Source: Octopus sinensis (lineage: Eukaryota). Taken from it: 64,000 nucleotides of DNA. The DNA lies in the NCBI RefSeq assembly GCF_006345805.1, contig NC_043004.1:19530001-19594000 (forward strand). The letters run 5' to 3'. The notes under the pieces were generated by a model. It was not told the origin of the DNA. It did not search any database and saw nothing but the letters and a program-made list of their open reading frames with translations. Positions 11,407-22,366 of the stretch are shown in pieces. Numbering within the stretch: position 1 is the first letter of the stretch; each line of letters opens with the position of its first letter. Made by a program: the position numbers and the translations under genes.

Positions 11407-12825
11407 TAATATTGATACATTGCTGAGAGATAAACAGAAACAAATTACAGTTTGGGTTTAAAATACTATGAGATGGTGATAGTGTAGGGAAACTAGATCG
11501 ATCAGTTAGTTGTGATACTGAAGATTTGATTTATATTTTTGGTAGTTTTAATTATTATTGTAATTACTAAGTGTAAAGCCAGTTGACTGGCAGAATTGGT
11601 TGAGCAGCGAATGCCTTTTCTTTTTTTTTTTTTTGTATTTAGTTGTCTCCCTTATGGTCAGAGTTTGAGTCTTGCTTGGTCAATTTTGCCTTTCATTTCT
11701 CCTCCAGTGTTTAATAAATAGCAGTCAAATTCTGAAGTTGTTATGATCAACTATACCTACCTAAAATAGCCTTCAATCTGTTACATATCAATATTTATAA
11801 AATGTAAATATCAAATGTTATACAGTATTTTACTAAATAAGGCAACAATATAATTTTATCTTCAGTTGAACCCAATTTAGTTCATGCCTATGAGAAAAAC
11901 GTAAGCTTCTCAACATCCTTTTACTCTTTGAACATGGCAGATCTTGTTTATAATAGGACAAAGTTCAAGGAGTGACAGAAATACTGGCTGTCATGCTGGA
12001 ATAAATACCCTACTATATTAAGTTTCATCCTTTTCATTCCGACTATATTCCCTATTGGAGTTGATTTTAGTCTTTCATCCCCTCCAGGGTCAACAACCTG
12101 AGTATTATTTACTTGCTTTAATTTGAATCACAACTGTTTCAAATTATTGACTGTGTCAACGTGAGGTATCAGTATTTAAAACTTCAGTTATGAGTTGCAT
12201 AGAAGATACAACATTTTTGTTATCCATGTCTTGTAGGATGCCCTGATTCACCACATATGCTGTTAATGGTGTTGGGAAAGGTTTGAGCATCACGATATTT
12301 CCTTTCCTCAGTCCCTGAATATCTACCATCTTATATCTATCCAAAACAAGCTATATACAATTTTAAAACTCATCTTTATAATTCATTTTGATTATTGAGC
12401 TCAGTATCAGTGTTCAGTTGTTGCCATTTCATTTTTAATATTTTCAAGGAAATTACATTTTACTATCTTATTTTTGTCTTCTCCTTTGGAAACTTAAAGC
12501 TTTTGTACCCGTGTAAAAAAAATAAAAATAAAAAAAAAAGAGAGAGAGAAAAAGAAAAAAATTTCAAAATATCATTTGGTAACTTTTATAAGCAATACTT
12601 TTCTTCTGTTGTTTTTACCAATTAGGCAGCTAGTTTACTCAGGATGCCTCTATACTGCTAACTCTGCCTGATATATTCTGCTTGCAAGGAAAATCTGTAA
12701 TTGACATGTGAATGTTATTTATCAAAAGCTTGCAATGTGTGCTTAGTACTATATCAATTTCTGATTAATTGTAATCAAATTATATACGATATTAACTCTT
12801 TTTTATTGTATTTTCTTTTATTAAG

Positions 12826-13260
12826 GAGCGGCCTGAAAGAGCCTTGTACGACCCACGCAAAGCCTTGGAAAGACGCCAGCAGTCAGAAACGGCTCGAATG
12901 CAGTATCATGAGAAAGGAAATAATAACACAGATAAAGGAGGAAACATTTCTGAAACTAAGGCAGGAAGCCAAGAAAAAGTTTTACCTGAACGTCGTGAGA
13001 GAAATTCTTCTCATGACAAGAATAAGGGTAACTTAGATAAGAACCGGGTAGATAACAATAAGACTAACTCTGAAAAAGTCTCATACTCTAAAGGTGGTTA
13101 CAACATAGATAAAGCGGCTGCAAACAAAGGCAGTGCAGAAGTGGCTTCTCTGTCCAGCATTGCTGCTAGTATGGAAGGTGGAGTTTCTGCTGAAAACTCC
13201 ATTCCTACAGAGGTTAGCAGTCACATCATTGAGGAGAGCAGGTGCCATGTTGAGGAGTGA
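12826..13260 (+). CDS. UPF3: Terminal coding exon (144 aa + stop) starting with an EJC-binding-like motif; probable UPF3 last exon
   Basis: Strong acceptor ttttttattgtattttcttttattaag| then phase-0 ERPERALYDPRKALERR..., open to TGA at 13258-13260. RPxxxLYxP matches the EJC-binding motif (human UPF3B DRPAMQLYQP), which is C-terminal only in UPF3. AATAAA follows near 13295 and 13582. No upstream exon was found in the window, so the exon call is firmer than the gene name. Confidence 0.55.
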   Translation, partial: ERPERALYDPRKALERRQQSETARMQYHEKGNNNTDKGGNISETKAGSQEKVLPERRERNSSHDKNKGNLDKNRVDNNKTNSEKVSYSKGGYNIDKAAANKGSAEVASLSSIAASMEGGVSAENSIPTEVSSHIIEESRCHVEE

Positions 13261-13852
13261 AAGTTCAATGAATGGTTAATTCCAACCATGATAAATAAAG
13301 TACATGAATTGTTCACTGCCATTTACAGCTACTGAACATCTGTTGCATCCTGCTGCACAATAGCAGGTTACAGTGAAGTGTTGTTCATGGCCCAATATAT
13401 GGTGAGAGAGTGTCAAGTTGCACATTGACCATACAGACAGACCTGAGTGGATGATACTGAATTCTTGGGTTTAACTATTCTGATAAAGGAATTTTGCTGG
13501 GGAATGTCAAATACTTCTGTCCTCCCATCTTCAGACACACTAAGTATTTTTGTTCTCCCTTTTCATTTGAAGGAATATTTAATAAATTCTTAAACAAACT
13601 CTGTGGATTTTGTTCTTGTCTTCATTTCTTGTTTATTTTTGATTATTTAGAAATACATGAAATGTTAGAAATGAGATATATATCATCGTTATAATCAATA
13701 TCACTTTACTTCCCACTTTTCCATGCTTGCATAGTTAAGACAGATTTTCCAAGACCAGATACTCTTCCTATTACCACAACTATCAGGTCATTAAGAATGG
13801 AATGTCTGATTTTGAACTGAAAGTAATGCAGTAGATTAAAGCAGGCATCTAA

Positions 13853-14235
13853 ATCTCTCTCTATATAAACGGCAGTTTGTCTGTGCGTGTTTCTGTGTGT
13901 CTGTTTGCTTGTACCCTCACCCTGACCACGGCTTTCAACCGATTCTGATGAAACTTGACACACACATAGCCCAATGTCATAATTCAAAACTAACGCAGCG
14001 AAAATTTTGAAAAGTTCCCCCAGTTCTGAAAAAAATCGATAAATTCGACATGGGGTCGAGAATCAGAAACACAAACCGCAAACTGTCATGGGGACGCAAC
14101 TCCACCTTTTTTAACTAAAAAAAAAATTACCATCATTTTTTTCCATTTTTTGTTATTTTTTGGCTATAACTCTCTAAAAATGCTTTATAGTTATTTCCCT
14201 TACAAACCTGAGCAACACCGGGCGATACTGCTAGT
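13853..14235 (-). mobile_element. Non-autonomous Helitron/Helentron-like element (HINE/Lep1-like), copy A
   Basis: 5' end ACTAGCAGTATCGCCCGGTGTTGCTCAGGT with a subterminal hairpin; 3' end with (CAGA/CA) repeats and tatatagagagagat. Its 3' module matches 26420-26693. Confidence 0.75.
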
Positions 14236-14574
14236 TTATATATAAAAGTGAAGTTGTGTGTCTTTCTCCTACGATTTAGATTCCTAACTACTCCCACATT
14301 TTGCGGTGCAGTGTAACCAAAAGCGGGTATCTTATAGTCGTGATTCATATCGAGCCCTTCCGGGTATTAGCGCGTGTCTACGATGAGTCTACGATTTAAA
14401 AAAAAAATTACCATGTTTTTCCATTTTAATTTTTTTCGCTATTATATAAGGGAAGTAACTCTCTAAAAATGTCTACGATGAGTCAACGATTTAAAAAAAA
14501 TTTACGATAATTTTTTTTCCAATTTTAATGCATTTTTTTGCTAATTTTTGGCTATAACTCTCTGAAAATGCTTA

Positions 14575-14964
14575 CATTCTTCTTCTTGTTTCAGTCATTT
14601 GACTGCGGCCATGCTGGAGCACCGCCTTTAGTCGAGCAAATCGACCCCAGGACTTATTCTTTGTAAGCCCAGTACTTATTCTATCGGTCTCTTTTGCCGA
14701 ACCGCTAAGTAACGGGGACGTAACCACACCAGCATCGGTTGTCAAGCAATGCTAGGGGGACAAACACAGACACACAAACACACACATATACATATATACA
14801 TATATACGACAGGCTTCTTTCAATTTCCGTCTACCAAATCCACTCACAAGTCATTGGTCGGCCGGGGCTATATAGAAGACACTTGCCCAAGATTCACGCA
14901 GTGGGACAACCTGGAACCATGTGGTTGGTTAGCAAGCTACTTACCACACAGCCACTCCTGCGCC
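14575..14964 (-). mobile_element. Abundant tRNA-derived SINE (family 'SINE1' here) with internal microsatellite
   Basis: Reverse complement of ggcgcaggagtggctgtgtggtaagtagc...cttgggcaagtgtcttct...gactgaaacaag; at least 8 copies in the window. Confidence 0.85.
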
Positions 14965-15127
14965 ATTATATATATATATTCTCTCCCAATTTCGCAGTGT
15001 GTGTATGTGCATAAATAAATGTATTTACGGTAATGTATCCCATTGCTTAGGTTATAATATTTCATTAATATATGTTTTGATGAACGTCAGATCTGATAAC
15101 AAGATTGCTTTACACCATTCAAGGCCT

Positions 15128-17428
15128 CAGAGATCAAAGAGGGGTGCCGACAGAGATCAAAGAAGGTGTCGACAGAGATCAAGGGGGTACCGACAGAGAT
15201 CAAAGAGGGTGCCGACAGAGATCAAAGAGGGGTGCCGACAGAGATCAAAGAGGGGTGCCGACAGAGATCAAAGAAGGTGTCGACAGAGATCAAGGGGGTA
15301 CCGACAGAGATCAAAGAGGGTGCCGACAGAGATCAAAGAGGGGTGCCGACAGAGATCAAAGAGGGGTGCCGACAGAGATCAAAGAGGGGGACCGACAGAG
15401 ATCAAAGAGGGTGCCGACAGAGATCAAAGAGGGGTGTCGACAGAGATCAAAGGGGGTGCCGACAGAGATCAAAGAGGGTGTCGACAGAGATCAAAGGGGG
15501 TGCCGACAGAGATCAAAGGAGGTGCCGACAGAGATCAAAGAAAGGTGCCGACAGAGATCAAAGAGGGGTGCCGAGAGAGGTTAAAAAGGGTGCCGACAGA
15601 GATCAAAGAGGGGTGCTGACAAAGATCAAAGGGGGTGCCGACAAAGATCAAAGGGGGTGCCGACAGAGATCAAAGGGGGTGCCGACATAGATCAAAGAGG
15701 GGTGCCGACAGAGATCAAAGAGGGGTACCGACAGAGATCAAAGAGGGTGCCGACAGAGATCAAAGAGGGGTGCCGACAGAGATCAAAGAAAGGTGCCGAC
15801 AGAGATCAAAGAGGGGTGCCGAGAGAGGTTAAAAAGGGTGCCGACAGAGATCAAAGAGGGGTGCTGACAAAGATCAAAGGGGGTGCCGACAAAGATCAAA
15901 GGGGGTGCCGACAGATATCAAAGAGGGGTGCCGACAGAGATCAAAGGGGGTGCCGACAGAGATCAAAGGGGGTGCCGACATAGATCAAAGAGGGGTGCCG
16001 ACAGAGATCAAAGAGGGGTACCGACAGAGATCAAAGAGGGTGCCGACAGAGATCAAAGAGGGGTGCCGACAGAGATCAAAGGGGGTGCCGACAGAGATCA
16101 AAGAGGGTGCCGACAGAGATCAAAGGGGGTGCCGACAGAGATCAAAGAGGGGGGGGGGGTACCGACAGAGATCAAAGAGGAGTGCCGACAGAGATCAAAG
16201 AGGGATGCCGACAGAGATCAAGATTAAAAGAAGGGGTGCCGACAGCATCAAAGAGGGTGCCGACAGAGATCAAAGAGGGGTGCCGACAGAGATCAAAGAA
16301 AGGGGGTCCGACAGGAATCAAAGAGGGTGCCGACAGAGATCAAAGATGGGTGCCGACAGAGATCAAAGAGGGGTGCCGACATAGATCAAAGAGGGTGCCG
16401 ACAGAGATCAAAGAGAGTGCCGACAGATCAAGGGGATGCACAGAGATCAAAGGGGTGCTGACAGAGATCAAAGGGGTTGCCGACAGAGATCAAAGAGGGT
16501 GCCGACAGAGATCAAAGAGGGTGCCGACAGAGATCAAGGACGGGTGCCGACAGATATCAAAGGGGGTGTACAGAGATCAAAGGGGTGCCGACAGAGATCA
16601 AAGAAAGGTGCCGACAGAGATCAAAGAGGGGTGCCGAGAGAGGTTAAAAAGGGTGCCGACAGAGATCAAAGTGGGTGCCGACAGAGATGAAAGAGGGGTG
16701 CTGACAAAGATCAAAGGGGGTGCCGACAGATATCAAAGAGGGGTGCCGACAGAGATAAAAGGGGGTGCCGACAGAGATCAAAGAGGGGTGCCGACAGCAA
16801 TCAAAGAGGGTGCCGACAAGGATCAAAGAGGGTGCCGACAGAGATGAAATGGGGTGCCAACAGAGATCAAAGAGGGGTACCGACAGAGATCAAAGGGGGT
16901 GCCGACAGAGATCAAAGAGGGTGCCGACAGAGATCAAAGGGGGTGCCGACAGAGATCAAAGAGGGGTGCCGAAAGAGATCAAAGAGGGGTGCCGATAGAG
17001 ATCAAAGAAGGGTGCCGACAAGGATCAAAGAGGGTGCCGACAGAGATCAATGGGGTGCCGACAGAGATCAAAGGGGGGTGCCGACAGAGATCAAAGAGGG
17101 GTGCCGACAGAGATCAAAGGGGGTTCCGACAGAGATCAAAGAGGGGTGCCGACAGAGATCAAAGAGGTGTGCCGAGAGAGACCAAAGGGTTGCCGAAAGA
17201 GATCAAAGAGGGGTGCCGACAGAGATCAAAGGAGGTACCGACAGAGATCAAAGGGGATGCCGACATAGATCAAAGAGGGGTGCCGACAGAGATCAAAGAG
17301 GGGTGCCGACAGAGATCAAAGGGGGTGCCGACAGAGATCAAAGAGGGGTGTCGACAGATATCAAAGAGGGTGTCGACAGAGATCAAAGAGTGTGCCGAAA
17401 AAGATCAAAGAGGGTGCCAAAAGAGATC
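15128..17428 (+). repeat. Minisatellite, ~103 units of 21-23 bp, consensus GGGGTGCCGACAGAGATCAAAGA
   Basis: Direct reading. Hand count gives ~82 units with GATCAAAG and ~7 more with ATCAAAG. Unit length varies through the G-run, and higher-order blocks of 111 and 248 bp are present. Confidence 0.97.
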
Positions 17429-17499
17429 TTCCCTTACAAACCCGAGCAACGCCGGGCGATACTGCTAGTTATGAATACAATTTTGCCATTTTATCAGTA

Positions 17500-18110
17500 G
17501 TTTATTTATGCCAGCAGCAAAGAACTTCCAAGTTCAGTTCTTTGTGCAACATGTGGTCAAGCATTGTCTTCCAAGAGAATCAGTCTTTCTCTATTGACCA
17601 ATTTCAGTTGTTTAATTGCAAGTTCACTCATCATTTCATCCAATTGGTTGATGTATACATCCACTGTAATTGATTTACCAGGTCTCATGAAGCTGTAGTG
17701 GATGACACCAGTACTGGATCACCAAACAGACACCTTTACCTTTTTTTCGGTGAATATTCTTTTTTGGATTATATTTTGGCACTTCATCTCTATCGAACCA
17801 CTGTGCAGAATGCTTGCTATTGTTGAAAAGAATCTTGCAAAAATGGTTTATTTTTATGCCATGACAGCAAAGAACAGCAAGTTTCAAGATGTCATTTGAT
17901 GCTTGTTCAGCTTCTTTACTTTGCCCTATTTGTATCAGAGGTCCTATACAGTTGAAATTGAAGCATCAAACCTTGCTGCTAACTTATGCATAGTTTGAGA
18001 TGTATCCACTTCCACTACAGTTTCCAGCTCAGCATTATCCACCTTGGTCTCAGGTCTACCATGGGGCTGATTTTCAAGAGTAAAGTCACCAGACTGGAAC
18101 TTCTCTAGTA
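17500..18110 (-). mobile_element. Decayed mariner (Hsmar1/SETMAR-like) transposase remnant
   Basis: Minus translation pieces read EKFQSGDFTLENQPHGRPETKVDN, GKVKKLNK, HSAQWFDRDEVPKYNPKKNIH, GVIHYSFMRPGKSITVDVYINQLDEM and LILLEDNA*PHVAQ. Confidence 0.85.
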
Positions 18111-20559
18111 AATAATCGCAAAGTAAAATATTGTCTGTTTAGATTATTAATAAATTTCAAGTTTGCAATCTTTGAATGTAATTCAAATAAAATATATTCA
18201 GAAAAAAAGAAATTAAGTCAGCAATCATTAAAAAGAATTCTATTAAAAAAAAAAAAATTAGAGGAAGAGTAGACTGCTCTACTTTAGCTGTGGAAATTAT
18301 AGACCTCGACTGGAAATTGGGATGAAATTCAAAATTGGAAAAGAATGCTTAAAAGTTAATTCGGGGGAAACCAAAAATGAAGATTTGTGACATTAAAATA
18401 TGATCAGGTCAGCTGAGAAGATTTCCTATATTACTATGAGTTGATTCATTGGAACAAGTATAATCAATGGTTACATAACTAAGATCTATTATGGTAACAT
18501 AACTTATCTATTTGTACCAAGGCAAGCTAATCATTTAATATCTTGTTTGGAAATGCTAAGAATGTTTTACTGTGTAAATGTGAACAGTGAATTGGAAGTT
18601 CCTTATGCTTATTTATTAAGATGGAGTTACATTTGAGAAGCTCTGGTATTTCCTCAAAGTACAGATTACTTCCAGAATTCCCTCCATGATACAAAGAAGC
18701 AATACCATGTAATAGAATATTTAAAATTATTCTCCTTGAGTCTCCAAATAAATTTGCTTGATGACAAGGTTGTTAGTCATTTTAATGATTAAATATGGTA
18801 GATAGAAAAATGATAAACATGGATATATTCTAGATAGAAATTTATCAGATACAAATTATACACATTACATATTTTTTTAATGAGTAACAGAGGTGTTAAT
18901 TAGCTCTGATTTTGAGGAGCCAAGTGCAGGTTCCCTTGTTGGTTATACAATGTGTTGAAGACATCACTTGGAGTTAGATTGTCTTTTGCCATTGAGGTTG
19001 CATGAGTTATAGGTAGCCAACAGAAACGTCAAATAGTAATTAGCTTAAGTGATTTCTTGTTTAAAAATATGCAAATTTTTCTCAGTCACTTACGTACAGT
19101 ATTCTACATCTATTTGGAATTCTTTTATCACAAATTTAGCAAGCATGATAAAGTGTATGCCTTGCTGAGGAGGTCTTATAAAACTGTAACATGTCCAGTG
19201 TTGTTGAAATGATTGAAGTATTAGCCATTAATGTAACAGGATATATTAGGTGATGATACTAACTCTTCCAGAAAGTTCAGAATTGCGAAGCAGAAGGCAC
19301 CTCTATAGTGCACAGACTGCAAGCACCATCATTCCCTTAACTGCAGCCAATTCCTTAGGTCCTCTGACCAGAGAATTTGAACAAATTCATGAGAGTGATA
19401 TCAAATATGCATTTGACCACATCAGACATGAGAAAATCCTAATTAAATTACCTACCTATGGGTTCCAGATGTAGGGAAGAAAAAAAAAATTTAGAAGCTA
19501 GAGATTTTAGAATTTTAGTGAGTCTTTAGCAATCACTTGAATGGTCAGCCTTCTTTTGGATGTGGTCTAGAATTTTAGTTTGTGTAACAGTAACAGCACT
19601 GACCTTAAATGCAAACTGAACTTCAGTTTAGTCTAAAATGTCAGTTTTTATAACAATAGCAGCCATGTCCAAAATATGTAAGCTGTAATTCAATGTGGTT
19701 TAAAATTTTATCAGTGAATCAGCAACAGCTCTGATCCAAGAATGTGAATTGTACTCCAATATGGTTTTCACATTAGCTTTGTTAGAAGGTTATTCTATTA
19801 ATTAAATTTGAAACATTTTCTGTTCAGTTTTCATAATGTTATTTATATGAAATCTCCATGAGAAATTATAATCACCATCATTTTATGTCTGCTTTCCATC
19901 CAAGCATGATTTGTCACAAATAAAGTCAGCACTTAAGTTGATTGGCAAACCGCGTCTGAATAATTTTAAAGTTTTGGCTTAGTTTCTACAGCTGTGTTTT
20001 TCATAACACCAGTCATTTTACTGGGTGCTTTTTTTTAAAATCATACCAGCTCTAGTAGCTATGTATACTTGACATAAAAAAGGAACCTCACTACCTATGT
20101 CTCTATTTACTTGCCACTCTCTATACAGTGAGATGCATGATTGATAGAGGCATGAATAATGATGGCAAGAAAAATGTGTAATGAGAATGGATGAGTGATA
20201 ACTATACTTAACATTCCGAATTAGGTAGAAGACTGTGTGTAAAGAGGCAATATTGTAGAAATGAGCTGTAAGCATAGACTTTGTAGAATGTTAACCAGGG
20301 GAAAGAACTCATACATTCTTGCTCATTGTAGCCAAGGGACATAACACATTTTTTTTAAAATAAAGAAATCGTTTTGAGTTATTTCCCATAAAACTTTGTC
20401 TTCCCCCACTCTGTCTGTCTCTCTGCATTTCTCTCTCTCTCTCTCTCTCTTTCCCTCTCACACTCCGTTTATGCTTTCATTCATAAAATGATGTTGAAGT
20501 CAGTCATGTCGGTATGAGGGGATTATTCATCTTCCTGTAATGAATGCACTCTTCTCGAA

Positions 20560-20760
20560 ATTTTGCCACTGATACAGGCTTGACGGTAAAAAAAACAAAA
20601 AAGACAAGAAAACCTCAAAGCAATGAGTGATTCTCTTTGGATTAGCGCGAAGAAGTAGCTGCAATCAAACGGGGACCAAAAAAAAAAAAAAAAATAAAGC
20701 AACCCCCCCCCTTCCAAAAAAACAACTCAACATGGCGGATCACTACTTGTATACCCCATA
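20560..20760 (-). promoter_or_regulatory. Candidate promoter/5' end of an unidentified minus-strand transcript
   Basis: YY1-type motif AACATGGCGG at ~20729-20738 (CCGCCATGTT on minus), locally retained CpGs, and position at a CpG-depletion boundary. No downstream exons identified. Confidence 0.35.
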
Positions 20761-21071
20761 GTTAGACAGGAGACTGGGTTCAGCTATTGCAGATCGCAGC
20801 ATTGTTGAGAGAAATTTCAATGGATCTGTGAATTGTACCAAAGCCTGCATAATTCTACAGAGAGGTTAAGCAAAAGACCTTTGATCGGTTACATGAAAAG
20901 GATAAAAAGTGATTGGGATCTAAAACATCTGAATTACTCGAACTTCAGAGCCAAACAATTATGACAACAATCAACCTTCGTTGAGAAAAAAAATTGCTGT
21001 TATTTCCACAGATTATCAGAATCACACAATAAATGGAAGACGAACAAGAGAAGAACGCAAACAACACGGAC

Positions 21072-21277
21072 TATGAGGGGTGTTGAAAAGTTCCGGCTTT
21101 GGGTAGAAGAAAATACAGGAGGATCAATTAATTATGATTTTATTCAACATATTCCAGATTCACACACTTATTGCAGAAGTTCCTCAGTTTTTCTAAGCTC
21201 TGTAAAAGAACTCAGAAATTAGGGCCTCCAACCAGATCTTTCGCGATAGCCTGGAGCTTTTCAGCACCCATCTTGTA
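21072..21277. mobile_element. Mariner-derived MITE
   Basis: TIRs TA(T/C)GAGGGGTGTTGAAAAGTT / GCTTTTCAGCACCC..TTGTA; a second copy in the opposite orientation lies at 58831-59052. Confidence 0.75.
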
Positions 21278-22296
21278 CAGCCTATGCGATGACAATGAAA
21301 CTTAGACAAACGTGCTGTCAACGCATTAGAGAGCAGTAACTGATTAAGAACAAACGGAAATAATGAGTGGAAAATATAAACAACTGAAACAACACAACTT
21401 AACACCAAAATTCAATGAAAACTGTATCATCTACTTTGAGGAACAATTAGATAGAGAACAATTACCATATGAATCATTAGAAAAACTAACCAGCCTTATC
21501 TAATTGCCTTTTGGATAAACCCTTTTTTTATATACGTCAGCAATGACTTTCTCACTGGTAATGCCTTCTCTGTGTATTGCACAAATATAATTGTTTTTTC
21601 ATAAATAAAGTGCACTTGATATTCAAGGCTCCGATGAAGCTATAGAATGTTATTCAGGCAGTCGACTAAGAGTCCGCTGCATCTTATAGCAAAAAACGGC
21701 TGTAAGCTAATGAAGTTCATAATATAACCATTGTTTTTCTTGTATCAGATATATCTTCTATATATATATACATATAAAATATACATATACTCCCGGGTAT
21801 ATAAAGGTTGTTTTAAACACATGCAACTTTTGATAATGATTTTATGAGAATATATAACTATTGAAAGGAAATATCAAAAGCATTTTCAGTTGCGATTCTC
21901 TTCCCAAACGCAACAAAAACGAACAATTTTTAAAAGAACGATGATCGTTTACAAAAATGTAGATCGACTGGAGAAAACGAAATGAAACACCATTAATCCT
22001 TTCAAAAATTGGCCAGTATCAGAAGAAGGTGAGACTCTGTATCTTGTGAGATTTGAAGGGCATTATGTTTTACGAACGAATCAAACTAAATCAAACGTTG
22101 ATTGAATTCAGACAATTGTTTCTACTTAAACCAACTAAAGTTTCTCTCAATATCAAATATATACGTATATTTGATTAATGAGAGAGACGGAAGATGGAAG
22201 ATACGAGAATCTGTCTCGTTCACTACGACTGTTTCGACCCATGTAGCATCCATCCTTCGCCAAACTACCAGGTGTATACCATACGATTTTTAAAAC

Positions 22297-22366
<70 letters not shown>

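Larger units (their letters stand above)
14236..17469 (-). mobile_element. Helitron-like element copy B, split by a ~2.85 kb insert (SINE + unique DNA + minisatellite)
   Basis: Body 14236-14574 ends ...ggctataactctctgaaaatgctta, as copy A does just inside its 5' end. The missing 5' terminus ttcccttacaaacccgagcaacgccgggcgatactgctagt reappears at 17429-17469. Confidence 0.7.

Noticed and set aside
15128-17428. CRISPR array
   Set aside because: Units are contiguous with no unique spacers, there are no cas genes, and the context is eukaryotic.
15128-17428. TOPflash plasmid contamination
   Set aside because: Units include GCCGACAG, which is absent from the reporter repeat as I recall it. They show natural point variation and higher-order blocks and join genomic repeats on both sides.
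14999-17500. Many long plus-strand ORFs (PTEIKEG / RQRSKRG / ADRDQRG repeats)
   Set aside because: The repeat unit has no stop in any plus frame and unit length varies (21-23 bp), so frames shift constantly. There is no splice or start context; these are by-products of the minisatellite.
19250-19474. Plus ORF of 74 aa as a host exon
   Set aside because: The end (IKYAFDHIRHEKILIKLPTYG) resembles a decayed CR1-type RT motif (KAFDxVxHxxLxxKLxxYG), so it is probably a TE scrap.
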